From positions 62,001 to 126,000 of the forward strand of contig CBFDEM010000018.1 of assembly GCA_965603825.1 (NCBI GenBank): a stretch of 64,000 bases of DNA, in the 5' to 3' direction. The stretch comes from Blepharisma stoltei ATCC 30299 (lineage: Eukaryota; Protista; Ciliophora). Positions 38,463 through 49,770 of the stretch are shown here, piece by piece. The translations under genes were made by a program, and so were the position numbers. The notes beneath the pieces are model-generated. The model was not told the DNA's origin and ran no database searches. It was given only the letters and a program-made list of their open reading frames with translations. The number at the start of each line of letters is the position of its first letter. The first letter of the stretch is position 1.

Positions 38463-39689
38463 TTAATATTTACTAAGCTTTTTGTGAATAATCATGGCAA
38501 TTGACTCTGTATAATTACTTTCTAAAGCAAAATTAGAAACAATTTCTTCCGCAACTCCTTCAGGGGTATCTGATTCTAAATTATACAAAAAATCTAACTT
38601 TGTTCGCACAACTCTGCCAGTGCTTTTATCTAAAACTCCAATCTTAATAGACAACTGTATATCTTTTGACGTATAAAATCCATTTACTTTTGAATTTTGC
38701 TGAAATTCATCTACTTTTGGCGTTTTTTCCTCAAAATTCGAATTTTGTTCATCAGGGATTTCTAAGATATTGATGATATCATGATTTTTATCATCATTTT
38801 CGTCATTATTGAAAAAAGGATGATTCAATAATTCTTCAGCTGAAGGTCTTTGATCCATATCAGTTAGGCATAAAGTAATAAACTCCTTGACATCTAAATT
38901 TCCTATTTTTTCTAATGCAAGTGGCTTGATTCTTCTAGATACTCTTTGGTAGATTTCCATTGGATTTTTGCATTCACTATAAGGCATTTCGCCGGTGCAC
39001 ATTTCTAAAATGCACAGGCCAAAAGAATAAATGTCAACATTGGTCCCGTAACGCTCTTCAAATAGCTCTGGCGCCATATATTGTGGAGTCCCTACAACTG
39101 ATTTATTGTAAGAGCTTCTCATAAAGGTAGATAAGCCTAAGTCTCCAATGCGAATTTCACCAGTTCTGGCACTTACAAAAATATTGTCACATTTGAGATC
39201 TCTGTGTATTATTGGGAAAGGCTTTTGAGAATGCAAATAATTTAACCCTTCCAAAATAAATTTGCATCATTTTTTGACCACTTTTAGCCTTGGTGTTTTT
39301 ATTTTTTTCAAATATTGTTTCAATGACCCACCAGTCATAATTTCAGTAATAAACACCACTTCTTCTCTGTTTTTATTGTGCCATGCTTTAATAAAGTGCA
39401 AAATATTGGGATGTTTAAGTTTCTGGATTATCATAATTTCATCCCGCACCCTTTCTTTTTCAGCTTTTGTCATCCCATGTGTTTTTACAGTATTCCAGGC
39501 AACTTCACAGCCTGTATCATTGTCAATAGCTTTATAGACTGTCTTATAAGCGCCGCTTCCTATTTCTTCATCAAACCGACTAAACCTGCCTGTGGGAGAG
39601 TTTTCTATTATTTGAGGAGCTGCTTTATTGTAGGTCATGCTGCCTCCTACAGCTTCAATGTTGAGCCTTTCGTTATTTGTAACATCCAT
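38463..39689 (-). CDS. WNK: WNK-family protein kinase
   Basis: GSGAYKTVYKA, EVAWN, KK(TGA 39267)CKFILEGL, HRDLKCDNIF, IGDLGL, GTPQYMAPE, C-terminal F.YNLESDTPEGVAEE domain. Confidence 0.95.
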
Positions 39690-39946
39690 TCTGTAAGGTT
39701 TTTGGGTTTAATTAATTTTAAAAATTACATATTTGTTTTTGACTGGAAATTTAACATGTTTTTTATATGCTTCTTTTTTAAGCATTTTTAAGCTGAGAAT
39801 TGAATTAAAGAATTATAAGAAAGATCAAGGAAAATTCATAAAGAATTTAACAGATTTTTCTTATAGTAAAACTTAAGATTTTAATAATAAAATTCCTTAA
39901 CTTCTGGAGATTGTATTTTGGAAAAATTAAATATTAAATATTAAAA

Positions 39947-40084
39947 TTACTCTACATCCCTTGCAGAGTCTTTTAAAATTTTTCCAATTTTATATGGAAG
40001 ATCTCTTTGAAATTTTTTCATAGATTTTTCTAAAATTTCATCAGTAAATTCACTTTCTGATGGAAAATCCGTAGAGGAAACCAT
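39947..40084 (-). CDS. Possible 45-aa small ORF (MVSSTDFPSESEFTDEILEK...)
   Basis: Coding-like composition between two genes. No recognised homology. Confidence 0.3.
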   Translation of the reverse strand: MVSSTDFPSESEFTDEILEKSMKKFQRDLPYKIGKILKDSARDVE

Positions 40085-40290
40085 ACATATTTAATCTAAT
40101 TCCACGCTTTTTGTGGCTTTACCCCCTCGGCATAGACCTAATATCAAATTCTCCCTACATAAATAAAAGTAATAGTAAGATACCTTTTTATTCACAGATA
40201 TTATGATTTTTAATTAATTTACATAGCTCCACAATCAAATTAAACAATAACTTATAGATTTATATCTTGAGTTTCTGCTGTATGAATTAT

Positions 40291-40650
40291 TTATTTCTTA
40301 TACTCAGTTGAGTCAAAAGGACTTGTCAACGGAACATCCGAGAAAGTCATGCCTTCTCCATACTGAGTGGCTTGATCTTGATGTGATCTTGGCCCTTCTA
40401 TTAACTCAAACTCTTTCGCTACAAAATCTTGAGCTTCTTCTCGGTATTTTTTCACGTTAGCAATCCTCAAATAGTACTTTTGCGCGTGACTTCTTACTTG
40501 ATCTGATGTCCTTGTCCCAATGTACTCAGAAATATTTTTTCAATCTTTCCCATAAAGCTTAATACCTAATAGAAATGCTTTGTGTTCTCTTTGGGTCCAT
40601 CTCCCAGTATTGCTATCTTCTGGAGTTAATTTATTTTTCGCTGTTTTCAT
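40291..40650 (-). CDS. Single-repeat Myb transcription factor, SHAQKY class (absent from ORF track)
   Basis: NTGRWTQREHKAFLLGIKLYGKD(TGA 40540-40542)KNISEYIGTRTSDQVRSHAQKYY. TAA 40291. Confidence 0.93.
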
Positions 40651-40669
40651 AAATATTAATATCTTAGAT

Positions 40670-41599
40670 TTAATACTTCTGCATTATCGAATTCACTATT
40701 CCTAAAACTGTAAATACTCCCCCCAAAATTGCGCATAGAGATATAATAAGCTGTGGCAAGCTTTTATAAACTCTTGTGTATTTCATGATGATATTATCAA
40801 TATCATAATTAAAATACACAATTCCAAACACTGCTTCAATTGGGCTTGTGCTCCCATTCATAGAAAACTGATAGCTATGAAACTCTTCTCCTGTAATTTT
40901 ATCATAATACTGTATTGGGATTATTTTCAATGTATATTCATGCTTTGCTACGACCCCTTGCTTATCTGTTTTAATAATCCCGTCATAAGGCGCGAAATTC
41001 GTCTGCTCGCCTTCTCCAAATGTTGATAAAATATAAGAATTCCTATGTTCTCTACCAAAGCTTAAATGGTTTATTCTGTGTGATATATCGATTTTTTCAA
41101 GATACTGCTGAGGGACTTGGCTCATCATTTCATGTGTTGCATGAAAACTTATGTGGAAATTTCCTGGGACCTTGTTTACAGTAAAATGCCCTGAGATTTC
41201 GCAGCCTTCTTGCTCTTCAATCATTCTGACAGTGTTAAGCATATTCATTTCGTATTTTTTGTCAAGTTTTGAGCCATCTTTACTGAGACGTGTCTTTGTT
41301 AAGAACCCTTCAATATCTACGTTGTGAGTTCCCATTTGATCCATTTGATCTAAGCTTAAAATAATGCAGGGGGCATTAAATACTGTGACGTTTAAGTTTA
41401 TTTGCAGCATTTTTGCTCCTCGGTCTTGGTCTACTAAAGTCTCTTTTTGGACTGTGTTTATGAAATAATAGGAAATTTCGGAGATAAATAAAATCAGCAT
41501 GATTGAGAAGGCAAATGCAGTGATGATTCCGCCTGAGAGGGTTTGTTCGGAGACGTCGACTGATTTTCTGAACAGATCCAAACCTTTGAAGCTTTTCAT
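40670..41599 (-). CDS. ERGIC/Erv41-Erv46 family vesicle protein
   Basis: LDLFRK, LQINLNVT..PC..LSLD, EGCEISG..VNKVPGNFHIS, SHRINHLSFG, LCAILGGVFTV. Confidence 0.93.
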   Translation of the reverse strand: MKSFKGLDLFRKSVDVSEQTLSGGIITAFAFSIMLILFISEISYYFINTVQKETLVDQDRGAKMLQINLNVTVFNAPCIILSLDQMDQMGTHNVDIEGFLTKTRLSKDGSKLDKKYEMNMLNTVRMIEEQEGCEISGHFTVNKVPGNFHISFHATHEMMSQVPQQYLEKIDISHRINHLSFGREHRNSYILSTFGEGEQTNFAPYDGIIKTDKQGVVAKHEYTLKIIPIQYYDKITGEEFHSYQFSMNGSTSPIEAVFGIVYFNYDIDNIIMKYTRVYKSLPQLIISLCAILGGVFTVLGIVNSIMQKY

Positions 41600-41734
41600 A
41601 ATTATGAAGACATATTAATTTTAACAATAAATTAATCAAGGTTGAGCAGAAAAGACTGTGAAAATAAAGGAAAACAACGATAAATGTAGAAAATACTGCA
41701 AAAATTATGAAGGTAGAAAGAAAATTAAAATTTA

Positions 41735-41945
41735 GGTTCAAAGAGCGATGTTTCTTGCAAAGGACCCAGTGAGAGGAATCCAAGATTCTTTGAGAGTCCT
41801 AGAGTATAGACGGGTTCCTGGATGTGTGACGCTCCAATTGAAAAGAGAGTCCTTTAAAATCTTGAGGAAGTAGACTCTAATGATCGTAGCCTACGACGTC
41901 TGTTACTCAGGGCTGACGCTTCTTTAGTTCAAGAGCTGAGAGAAA
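41735..41945. ncRNA. Candidate structured non-coding element (unidentified)
   Basis: GC-richer island with no convincing ORF. Stems at 41761-41765/41796-41800, 41846-41851/41873-41878 and hairpin 41884-41896. Confidence 0.3.
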
Positions 41946-42342
41946 ACAAAAATTTAATTATGAGTAGTCTTATCACTAATCTCTGATCCCTAATCCCTAA
42001 TATAGAAAGATAAAATTTTTTATATAAATTGTAATTTATGAAAAAATACTTCGCTATTTAAATTGGAATTGCTATATAATTAATATTAAAGATATTTGTC
42101 ATTTAAACGCATTTTCTAATGCAATAAACCATATATTAAATCCACTAAAAACTAATAATGAATAAACAATTATATCTAACAGATTCTGCCAGATATATTA
42201 ATTATCTTTTTTTATTGAATTTTCAAAAATTAAATGATTTAATTTATTGAGTTCTGCAGTATATTTACTAATTTTTTATGAAGCTGGCTATTAACTAATT
42301 TAGAAAACGTAAGAAGATGGCTCTAAAGTATTATAAACATAA

Positions 42343-43431
42343 ATGGGCAACTGCAATTTTCGAACCGAAAACAATGACCCTTCTATATGTAACCACTAAT
42401 CAGCTCTGACCCATCATCAATTCCAATTCCAGTACCCAATTGGCAAAGGAGGCTTTGGCAAAGTATGGCGTGTTGTACACAAAAAAACAAAAATCCCTTA
42501 CGCTATGAAAGAAATGCAAAAGCGGAGGATTATTCACAAAAAAAGCGTGCATTCAGTAATGAATGAGAGAAGACTACTAGCGATTCTTCGTCATCCCTTT
42601 ATCGTTAATATGAGATTTGCATTCCAAGACCGAGAAAATTTATATTTAGCTATGGATTTGATGCCAGGAGGAGATTTACGTTATCATCTAGGCAAACAGA
42701 GAAGATTTACAGAGGAACAAACCCGCTTTTTTATCGTGTGCATTTTAAACGGCCTTGAATATCTGCATATGAATGGGATTATTCATAGAGACATTAAGCC
42801 AGAAAATTTAGTTTTAGACGAAAAAGGCTATGTCAGACTAACCGACTTTGGCATTGCTAGGATCTGGCAGCCTGAAAACGGCAACGAAACCTCAGGAACT
42901 CCAGGATATATGGCTCCTGAAGTAATTTGTAGGCAAAACCACAATATCCAAGCTGATTATTTTGCTTTAGGTGTTATCGTCTATGAATTTATGCTCGGAA
43001 GAAGACCTTACCAAGGCAAAAATCGGAAAGAAATCAGAGATGCGATTTTAGCAAGACAGGCACAAGTAAGGAAACAAGAAATCCCTGAAGGATGATCTGT
43101 GGAGGCTGCTGATTTTGCCAATAAACTTTTACAGAGAAAGCCACAGCAGAGATTAGGGATAAACGGACCAAGCGAAGTAAAATCTCATGCGTGGCTAAGA
43201 GATGTGGACTGACAGAGAATTTTTGAAAAAAGGCAGGCTTCACCTTTTGTGCCAGGCCAGGAAAATAATTTTGACAGTAAACAAGTAATGAATGAATGAA
43301 AAGATGAGGCGGAAATTTCCGAAATAAAGGAGTCGTCGATACAAGACTTGTTTGTGGGTTATTTCTTTGATGCAACTTTGCAGCCGGATAACAATATTAC
43401 CCAGCCAAAGGAAAAGGCATTAAAGAGTTAA
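42343..43431 (+). CDS. AGC-family Ser/Thr kinase with N-myristoylation-like MGNC start; 1 intron, 3 TGA
   Basis: IGKGGFGKVW, YAMKEM, HRDIKPEN, DFG, GTPGYMAPE. TGA at 43093, 43210 (DVDW) and 43297. Confidence 0.93.
42389..42403 (+). other. 15-nt intron (gtaaccactaatcag)
   Basis: GT..AG, A10, in-frame TAA between the ATG and the kinase Gly-loop. Confidence 0.9.
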
Positions 43432-43467
43432 TGTATTTAATAATACATAATTTTTTTAATATAAAAA

Positions 43468-44382
43468 TTATTGTAAATTACTAGAAACATGGCCAGGAAG
43501 ACATGAAACTGTGACTTCAAGCTGTGACCACCCAGCTTGCTTAATAAGATCGAATTCTGTGTATTTTGTCCTAATTTCTTTGCAATTTTCTTCTTGTATA
43601 GTCTCATCATTTTTTATAGCTTTGTATGAGTATACACAATTTGCAAAGCCTATTCTGTGAGTGTTGTACAGTTTCTCATCGCAGATACCGCATTTTTCGA
43701 TATTTAAATGGCTAGCCTCAGCTAGTAAATTAAAATGCCCGAGCCCTTTATTTACTGATACAATTTGTTTGTAGGCCAAGCAGTTTATGTTCATACACAA
43801 GCCTTCTTTTACGAGTCCTGATTTTTTAATTTTTCATGGACTTTGTAAGTTCTCTGATATTTTTGTGTTTGAAAATACATCAAGAATGCCTTCCTCTATT
43901 TCTGGGACATATTCTTCTGATGACAATTCTAGGTGCTTATAAATTATTTTTAAGTCCGTTTGGTTGCAGCACTGCTTATATTTAACTATTTCTTCCTGCA
44001 ACTGTAAAACGGTTGATCCATTTTTGATGAATATACATATATATTCATCAGTACAGCAATGAAGCCTTATATTCATAAAGGTTTTATCTTTAGGTTTTTC
44101 TTTTGGGCTAACAGAAATTGAAAGTTTTTCCCCATTTTCTGCGTTTAAGTCTAAAAGGGTTGTTGGATCGTGGGAGTTATATATTTTGCCTCGGAACTTG
44201 AGAACTACTTTATATTTGTCATGTGAATATAAAGAAGTTAAAGCGTTTTTAACTTCTTTATGAATCTGCCTGAATGATGTTTCCTTTGGAATCCACTGCT
44301 TTCTTGTCCATCGAGCAAAATATTTCTTATCAAAAGCGAAAATAATCTTAACAGAAGCCATTCGAGACTTGCACCCACCCAT
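43468..44382 (-). CDS. Protein with two ubiquitin-like domains and a Cys-rich C-terminal domain
   Basis: LKFRGK..TLLDLNAENGE and TVLQLQEEI..IIYK. Joined through TGA 43834 to P-W..GL..EGLC.N..C..C..C. Confidence 0.75.
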
Positions 44383-44628
44383 TTACAGAATTTATATAAT
44401 GCTTTTTTTCTGATCTCAATAAATCAATTTTTTAATGGAAATAAAATAAATGAAATATCTTGGTAAATAAAAATATAAAAGATATTATTTATAAGCAAAT
44501 TCTTCAGTATTCTCTATTAAATATTTTCTATTGAATATTAGGTCCTCACTTCACAGAATTTATTTCGATGCTATACGTTACATAAATAAGCCTAATATTA
44601 TAAATGGCGAAATAAAAATTTAATTAAC

Positions 44629-45963
44629 TTATTTTTGAGTTACAGCCATATGCATAGGAGATTCACCTGCTTTATGGAAATGGTCTCTTACGAGCTTATT
44701 TATAGTTTCAACCCACTTATGAGAGTTTCCTAAAATTTCCTTAAAAAAATAGCTCCTTTTTGAGGTTGTAACAACAAATTCTTTATCATTCTTTGCCTCA
44801 GCTTTTAAAACAGCTGAAAATTCTATATCACCTTTATAAAGATTTTCTAAATTTTTATAAAATACCCTCGGTTCATCTGTGATAATTAACTGTCTTTTTC
44901 TATAAACCCATTTACATCATTTTTTAATGATCCCTATCATCAGCACTTCAGGCTCTTTATTTTCTTCTCTATTCAAGAGCTCTATTTCTAAAACGTCATT
45001 TTCTTTAGGGTGATTTATTTCAGGCATATTTTCATATGGAACTGCTTGAGACATGATAGAATTTAAGTCAAATCCACTAATAAAAGGATGATTTTTCAAT
45101 GCATTCATATCATTTGCACTGCCTAAACTGCCGCCTCCAAGCCTATCAGCTGGATTTACAACTAAAAGTTTCCTTACTATATCAATTCCATCATCTGGCA
45201 TATTTTCAGTGAACTCAATTCTCCCTTCTCTAATTTGTTCAAAAATCATAAAACTGCTGACACCTCGAAAAGGTGGCTTCCCAGCCATCATTTCATAAAT
45301 TGAGCAGCCAAGTGCTCATAAATCGGCACTAGGCCCTACATTTTCATCATTTAGAAGCTCAGGAGAGACATATCTAAATATTTTTTACTCAGCAGTTCCT
45401 ACAAAGGTCCCGCGTCTTTCCAATTCATGGTCTTGATCTTGGGAATTTTCAGGCTCCTGGGACACTTCTTTGGCGGTGCCAAAATCTGATAGTCTTAAAT
45501 GGAAATCTTGAGATAGCAAAAGGTTGTCGGGCTTTAAATCTCGGTGGACTATGCCTTCACTGTGTAATTGATCAAGTATAAAAATAAGCTCAGCTGTGTA
45601 AAAACGCGCGAGTTCTATTGGGAATGATGGCTTAAATGAAGAAATTAGGCTGCCAAAATCACCGTTTGGACAATATTCAAGCACAAAAAATAAATTTTCA
45701 GCGTCTTGAAAAGTGTAATGGAGTTTTATGATCCCAGGGTGGGTTTTAAGCTTGGTCAAAATATTTTTTTCAATTAAAGCTTGCTTTTCTTTATTTTCCT
45801 ATGTAAAATATACTTTTTTTAGAAGAGATTTTTCAACGATTTTGATTGCAAAAGTTTCTCCGGTGTCTTTTTTAATTGCTTTTACCACGCGGCCATATGC
45901 TCCTGTACCTAATATCTCTATAAAGTCAAAATCATGCTGGTCGACTCTTTTCGATTCAGCCAT
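44629..45963 (-). CDS. PDPK1: PDK1 (3-phosphoinositide-dependent kinase 1) with PH domain; 2 introns
   Basis: LGTGAYG, FAIK, LHYTFQD, HRDLKPDN, DFGTAK, TFVGTAE|YVSPE restored by splicing, DL(TGA)ALGC. PH domain RKRQLIITDEPR..YKGDI..KW. Confidence 0.93.
45374..45388 (-). other. 15-nt intron (gtaaaaaatatttag)
   Basis: Removal exactly restores GTAEYVSPE. A10, in-frame TAA. Confidence 0.96.
45799..45813 (-). other. 15-nt intron (gtatattttacatag)
   Basis: Removal gives LLKK|ENKEKQALIEK, like PDK1 IIKENK. A10, in-frame TAG. Confidence 0.93.
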
Positions 45964-46060
45964 TTAACTCAAATATTATCTTACAAAAATTTTTCTAAAT
46001 TAATCTAAAGTATTATATTCAGTTTCAAATCCAAATTATTCAAAAATTATTAGTAATTTA

Positions 46061-47149
46061 TTACTTTTGAGCAATTAAAGATTCATATAAGATGACTGCA
46101 TCTGCTTCTTCATCACTATTTATCTCTTGAAGCTGCTGCTCTGATTCATCATATATCAATCCACACTCAATTTGCGGCTTAAAAATATTTTCAGGAAAAT
46201 TTTGACTGCCGTCGATTTTTCGAAAATTTATAAATTCTTTGCCATAAACGCCAACATCCTCAGCATTTTGGGAGCTGTCGAAGACTACAATAAACCTTTT
46301 CGCTCATTTCGCGTTGTTTATTTTGCGTATAATCGTGTTAATTTGATAAGAATTTTTCTTGCAAACATGAGCTAAAATCTCTTCAATTTTATTTTTGTTA
46401 TCAACCGGTTTGCTAGCTCCTTTAAAAAAATGATTATAATCAGGAGACTCAATACTGGGTTCATTTAGTAGAATTGAGCTTCCAGGGCCAGCTTGGGTAT
46501 TATTTGAAGAAATTGAAGATGTAATTAGATTGGAAAGTCTATCAGTGCTTAATAATTCATTTTTCGAAAAGGATATCGAGCTAGGCAAAGCATTATTTTT
46601 CACTTTTCCAAGCAGCATTTGTTTTAGCTGCTGCAATTTTTTATCTTTTATTTTGCCTTTTTCTGTCTCCTTGTTTTCAATCATTTCAATTATTTCTCCG
46701 AAATCTTCCAATCCAAGTGGGGATTTCTGTTCTGGAAAATCTGTATGTACAGTATCTTCTGCATCGTCAGTTAATATAAGTGTTTCATCATACTCATACA
46801 AATCAGGTAACATTTGATTTTTGTACTTATTTGCGAAGAAATTTTCAACTGATTCTTGGTTTTGGTTGTCTGAAGGTAGCGATTTATTTTCAAAATTTCT
46901 TAGCTCTGTGAAGTATCCATGAGTCCCACTTATCGTTCGTTTATGGCTTGGCTTGTTAGGTGTAGAGAGAGATTTTAATTTAAATTCATCGATTGAGAAA
47001 GCACTTCTGTGGGTTGGGCTTTTTTTGTCTTCACAAGTAAATTTAACAAGAGAGCTATCTTCGTTAGAGTCATTAGTTTTCCCTAAATAAAATAATCTTT
47101 CATCGCCAGCAAAATTTCTGCATTTTCCTCTTGTCCCAAGAGCCTTCAT
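46061..47149 (-). CDS. Protein with C-terminal CKK (CAMSAP/Patronin) microtubule-binding-like domain
   Basis: Extends through TGA 46304 to TAA 46061: DNKNKIEEILAHVC..FIVVF..GVY..KIDG..FPE..YDES..ADAVIL. Confidence 0.7.
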
Positions 47150-47310
47150 TTATTAAATCATAATAAATTGAACTCAAAAAAATTCAATTATTTATAATTT
47201 TCCACATGATTTAACCAAATAAATTAAAAATTTATAGAAAATTTTGTCAACTATGCCAATACATATAAAAAATATTTTTAAATTATTAATTGACATTTTA
47301 ACAAATAAAA

Positions 47311-48017
47311 TTAATCACACACTTCTGGCAGCTTATCCTCTTCTTCTAGCTCTTCCACAGCTTTTAGCAACAACTCAGAAGGTGCAGTGTTGTGTGTTAA
47401 GCTTGATTTTACATTCCCAGTCTGATAATATTGTTTTGTCCAATTCAGTAAGCTTTGTTCTTTAATTTTAAATTTATTCGCTACCTTTGTTGGCTCCTTC
47501 GTCCTTTCTACTTCAGAAATCATAAAAAGTTTTGTATTGGAATCGATTTTTGTTTTATCTTTATTTTTCCCTTTGTTAGATACGCTTGATATAAAATCAA
47601 ATGCATTAACTACATTTTCTTTAGGAGGCTCTGAACTATCTGTAGGTGGCTCAACAATTTTTTTTGGCTTTAGGGAATAACGCTTTCGTGGGATTATAGG
47701 AATTGGCTCATCACTTTTTAAAATTTCATTCTTTTTGATGGCAAGTTCTTCTTGCTCAAGCCTTCTATAGGCTTCATTAATAAGCCTTTCTTTGGCTAAT
47801 TCTATGTCGTAGTTTAGAAGAGCTTCAATGATGGTTGACGGGAGATAAAATTTTTTAGATGCTGATGGGATGTCTGAGGAATGTGTGAATTGAATGATAA
47901 ATTGCCTGATTTTGTGGAAAAATGGGTCTTCGTCGATGCTTAAAGCGCATTCTTTAACATAGCTTTCTATGAGAGATAGTCGGGCTGCAGCTTCTGGTAC
48001 ACCTTTTATTAGGGCAT
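47311..48017 (-). CDS. Hypothetical protein; start anomalous
   Basis: Stop-free frame from about 48047 to 47311 with no ATG before 47523. ATG 48017 is one base out of frame. Confidence 0.62.
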
Positions 48018-48450
48018 ATATCCCTAAGAAATGGGCAAATAATAAATGCTAATTTAAATAAAAAGTTAGAAATTATATTATAGATATAAAGCTCTTTTTG
48101 AATTTCAAAACTATAGATATTAATTATGGCTTAAATTTTAAAATTTGTTTAATATTGAGATATTCCAAGTGAACACTCAATGAAGATATTGAGTCCATTT
48201 TGAAAAAAAAGAACTAAATAAAGAAAGATTTAAGCTTCAAATCTGGAATTCAGCTTCTCATATTAATAAATTTCATAATTTATATTTAAAATGCATAAAA
48301 GGAATAATTTTTGCTTATGATTTCTGTTGTAAAAGTTCTTTTATATAAAGAGATGAGTAAGTGAAAGTTAATTTTTCAATTTTAAATATTTTTTTTAGTT
48401 TCTAAATATCTGAGACTCTTTATCTTATCTAATAAATTTATGAAATTATC

Positions 48451-49704
48451 TTAAAGATCCAAAAGAATTCTAGTAGGCTCTTCTACAGCCATTTTAATTG
48501 CTCTTAAAAAGAGGACCGCATCTTTTCCATCAAGCAGTCTATGATCATAAGTAAGTGCAAGATACATTATTGGCCTTGCCACAATTTGGTCTCCTTTGAC
48601 GACAGCTCTATTTTCAATACTATGCATTCCCAAAATTGAGGTCTGTGGAGGATTTATTATGGGAGTTCCCAGCATAGACCCGTAGATGCCACCATTAGAA
48701 ATCGTAAAGCTTCCACCTTGCATATCTTCTAAAGCTAGCTTATTGTCTCTTGCAAGATTAGCGAAGCGCCCAATTTCTTTTTCAATATCAGCAAATGATC
48801 TATGTTCACAATTTCTTAGAACAGGGACCACAAGGCCATTTGGAGTAGAAACTGCAACTGAAATATCTACATAATTTTTATATACGATTTCATCTCCATC
48901 AATAACAGCATTTGCTACAGGATTATGAAGTAAAGCATGGGTGGCAGCTTTTACGAAGAACGACATAAATCCAAGCTTAACTCCATGCTTCTTTAGAAAA
49001 TCGTCTTTATATATATTTCTCAGTTCCATTGCACGGCTCATATCACATTCTTGAAAAGTGCTTAACATAGCATAGGTGTTTTGGGCACCTTTAAGCCTTT
49101 CAGCAATTTTTTTCCTCATCTTGCTCATTCTTTCTCTGGTTTCAGTCCTTTCACCAGTTACCTTAGGAGCCTCAACTTTTATTTTGGCTGCGGTTTCTGG
49201 CTTTTTCTCTACTTTAGGCTGTTCTTTTGGCTGTGATTTTGCTTCTTCTTTCGGAGCTGCCTTAGGGGCTTCTTTTGGCTGCTCTTTTGGCTGTTCTTTT
49301 GGCTGCTCCTTTGGCTGCTCTTTTGGTGCCTCAGCTTTTGCTGCACTTTCAGATTTAGCTTTGTCTGTGTCCACAATAAATAAATCAGCCCCGACAGGGA
49401 TATCATCTCCTTCTTTAGCAAGCTGTTCTACGATTTCTCCAGCAACAGGAGATCTGATTTCTTGGCTTAATTTATCACTTTCTATTACCACAACGATTTC
49501 GTCCATATTCACATATTCTCCAACTTTTTTGACCCAGGATTGAACAGCGCCTTCTGTGATTGACTCTCCCATTGAAGGGACTTTGATAGTCTGCTTGCTG
49601 AAATATCTACAAAGAGATTGAGTATTGATATTTCTGCAAGGTATCGACTTGAGTAAAGACTTAGATACTGTGCCATAAGCAAAACTAGAGAAAGTCCTTA
49701 GCAT
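48451..49704 (-). CDS. DLST: 2-oxoglutarate dehydrogenase E2 (dihydrolipoamide succinyltransferase), mitochondrial
   Basis: Transit peptide, VPSMGESITEG..IESDK lipoyl domain, KLGFMSFF, TPIINPPQ, YDHRLLDG. Confidence 0.97.
   Translation of the reverse strand: MLRTFSSFAYGTVSKSLLKSIPCRNINTQSLCRYFSKQTIKVPSMGESITEGAVQSWVKKVGEYVNMDEIVVVIESDKLSQEIRSPVAGEIVEQLAKEGDDIPVGADLFIVDTDKAKSESAAKAEAPKEQPKEQPKEQPKEQPKEAPKAAPKEEAKSQPKEQPKVEKKPETAAKIKVEAPKVTGERTETRERMSKMRKKIAERLKGAQNTYAMLSTFQECDMSRAMELRNIYKDDFLKKHGVKLGFMSFFVKAATHALLHNPVANAVIDGDEIVYKNYVDISVAVSTPNGLVVPVLRNCEHRSFADIEKEIGRFANLARDNKLALEDMQGGSFTISNGGIYGSMLGTPIINPPQTSILGMHSIENRAVVKGDQIVARPIMYLALTYDHRLLDGKDAVLFLRAIKMAVEEPTRILLDL
49273..49326 (-). repeat. 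12-nt tandem repeat encoding a (PKEQ)n linker
   Basis: ttttggctgctc-like units repeated about 4 times. Confidence 0.85.
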
Positions 49705-49770
49705 ATTTATCCATTAGTTAGTGAATTCACATAGAAATATGCAAGCCAAATAATATTTTATATACAAACT

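Noticed and set aside
41376-41783. Track ORF of 135 aa on the minus strand
   Set aside because: TTG start, overlaps the ERGIC gene in another frame, and the hydrophobic stretch reflects T-rich composition.
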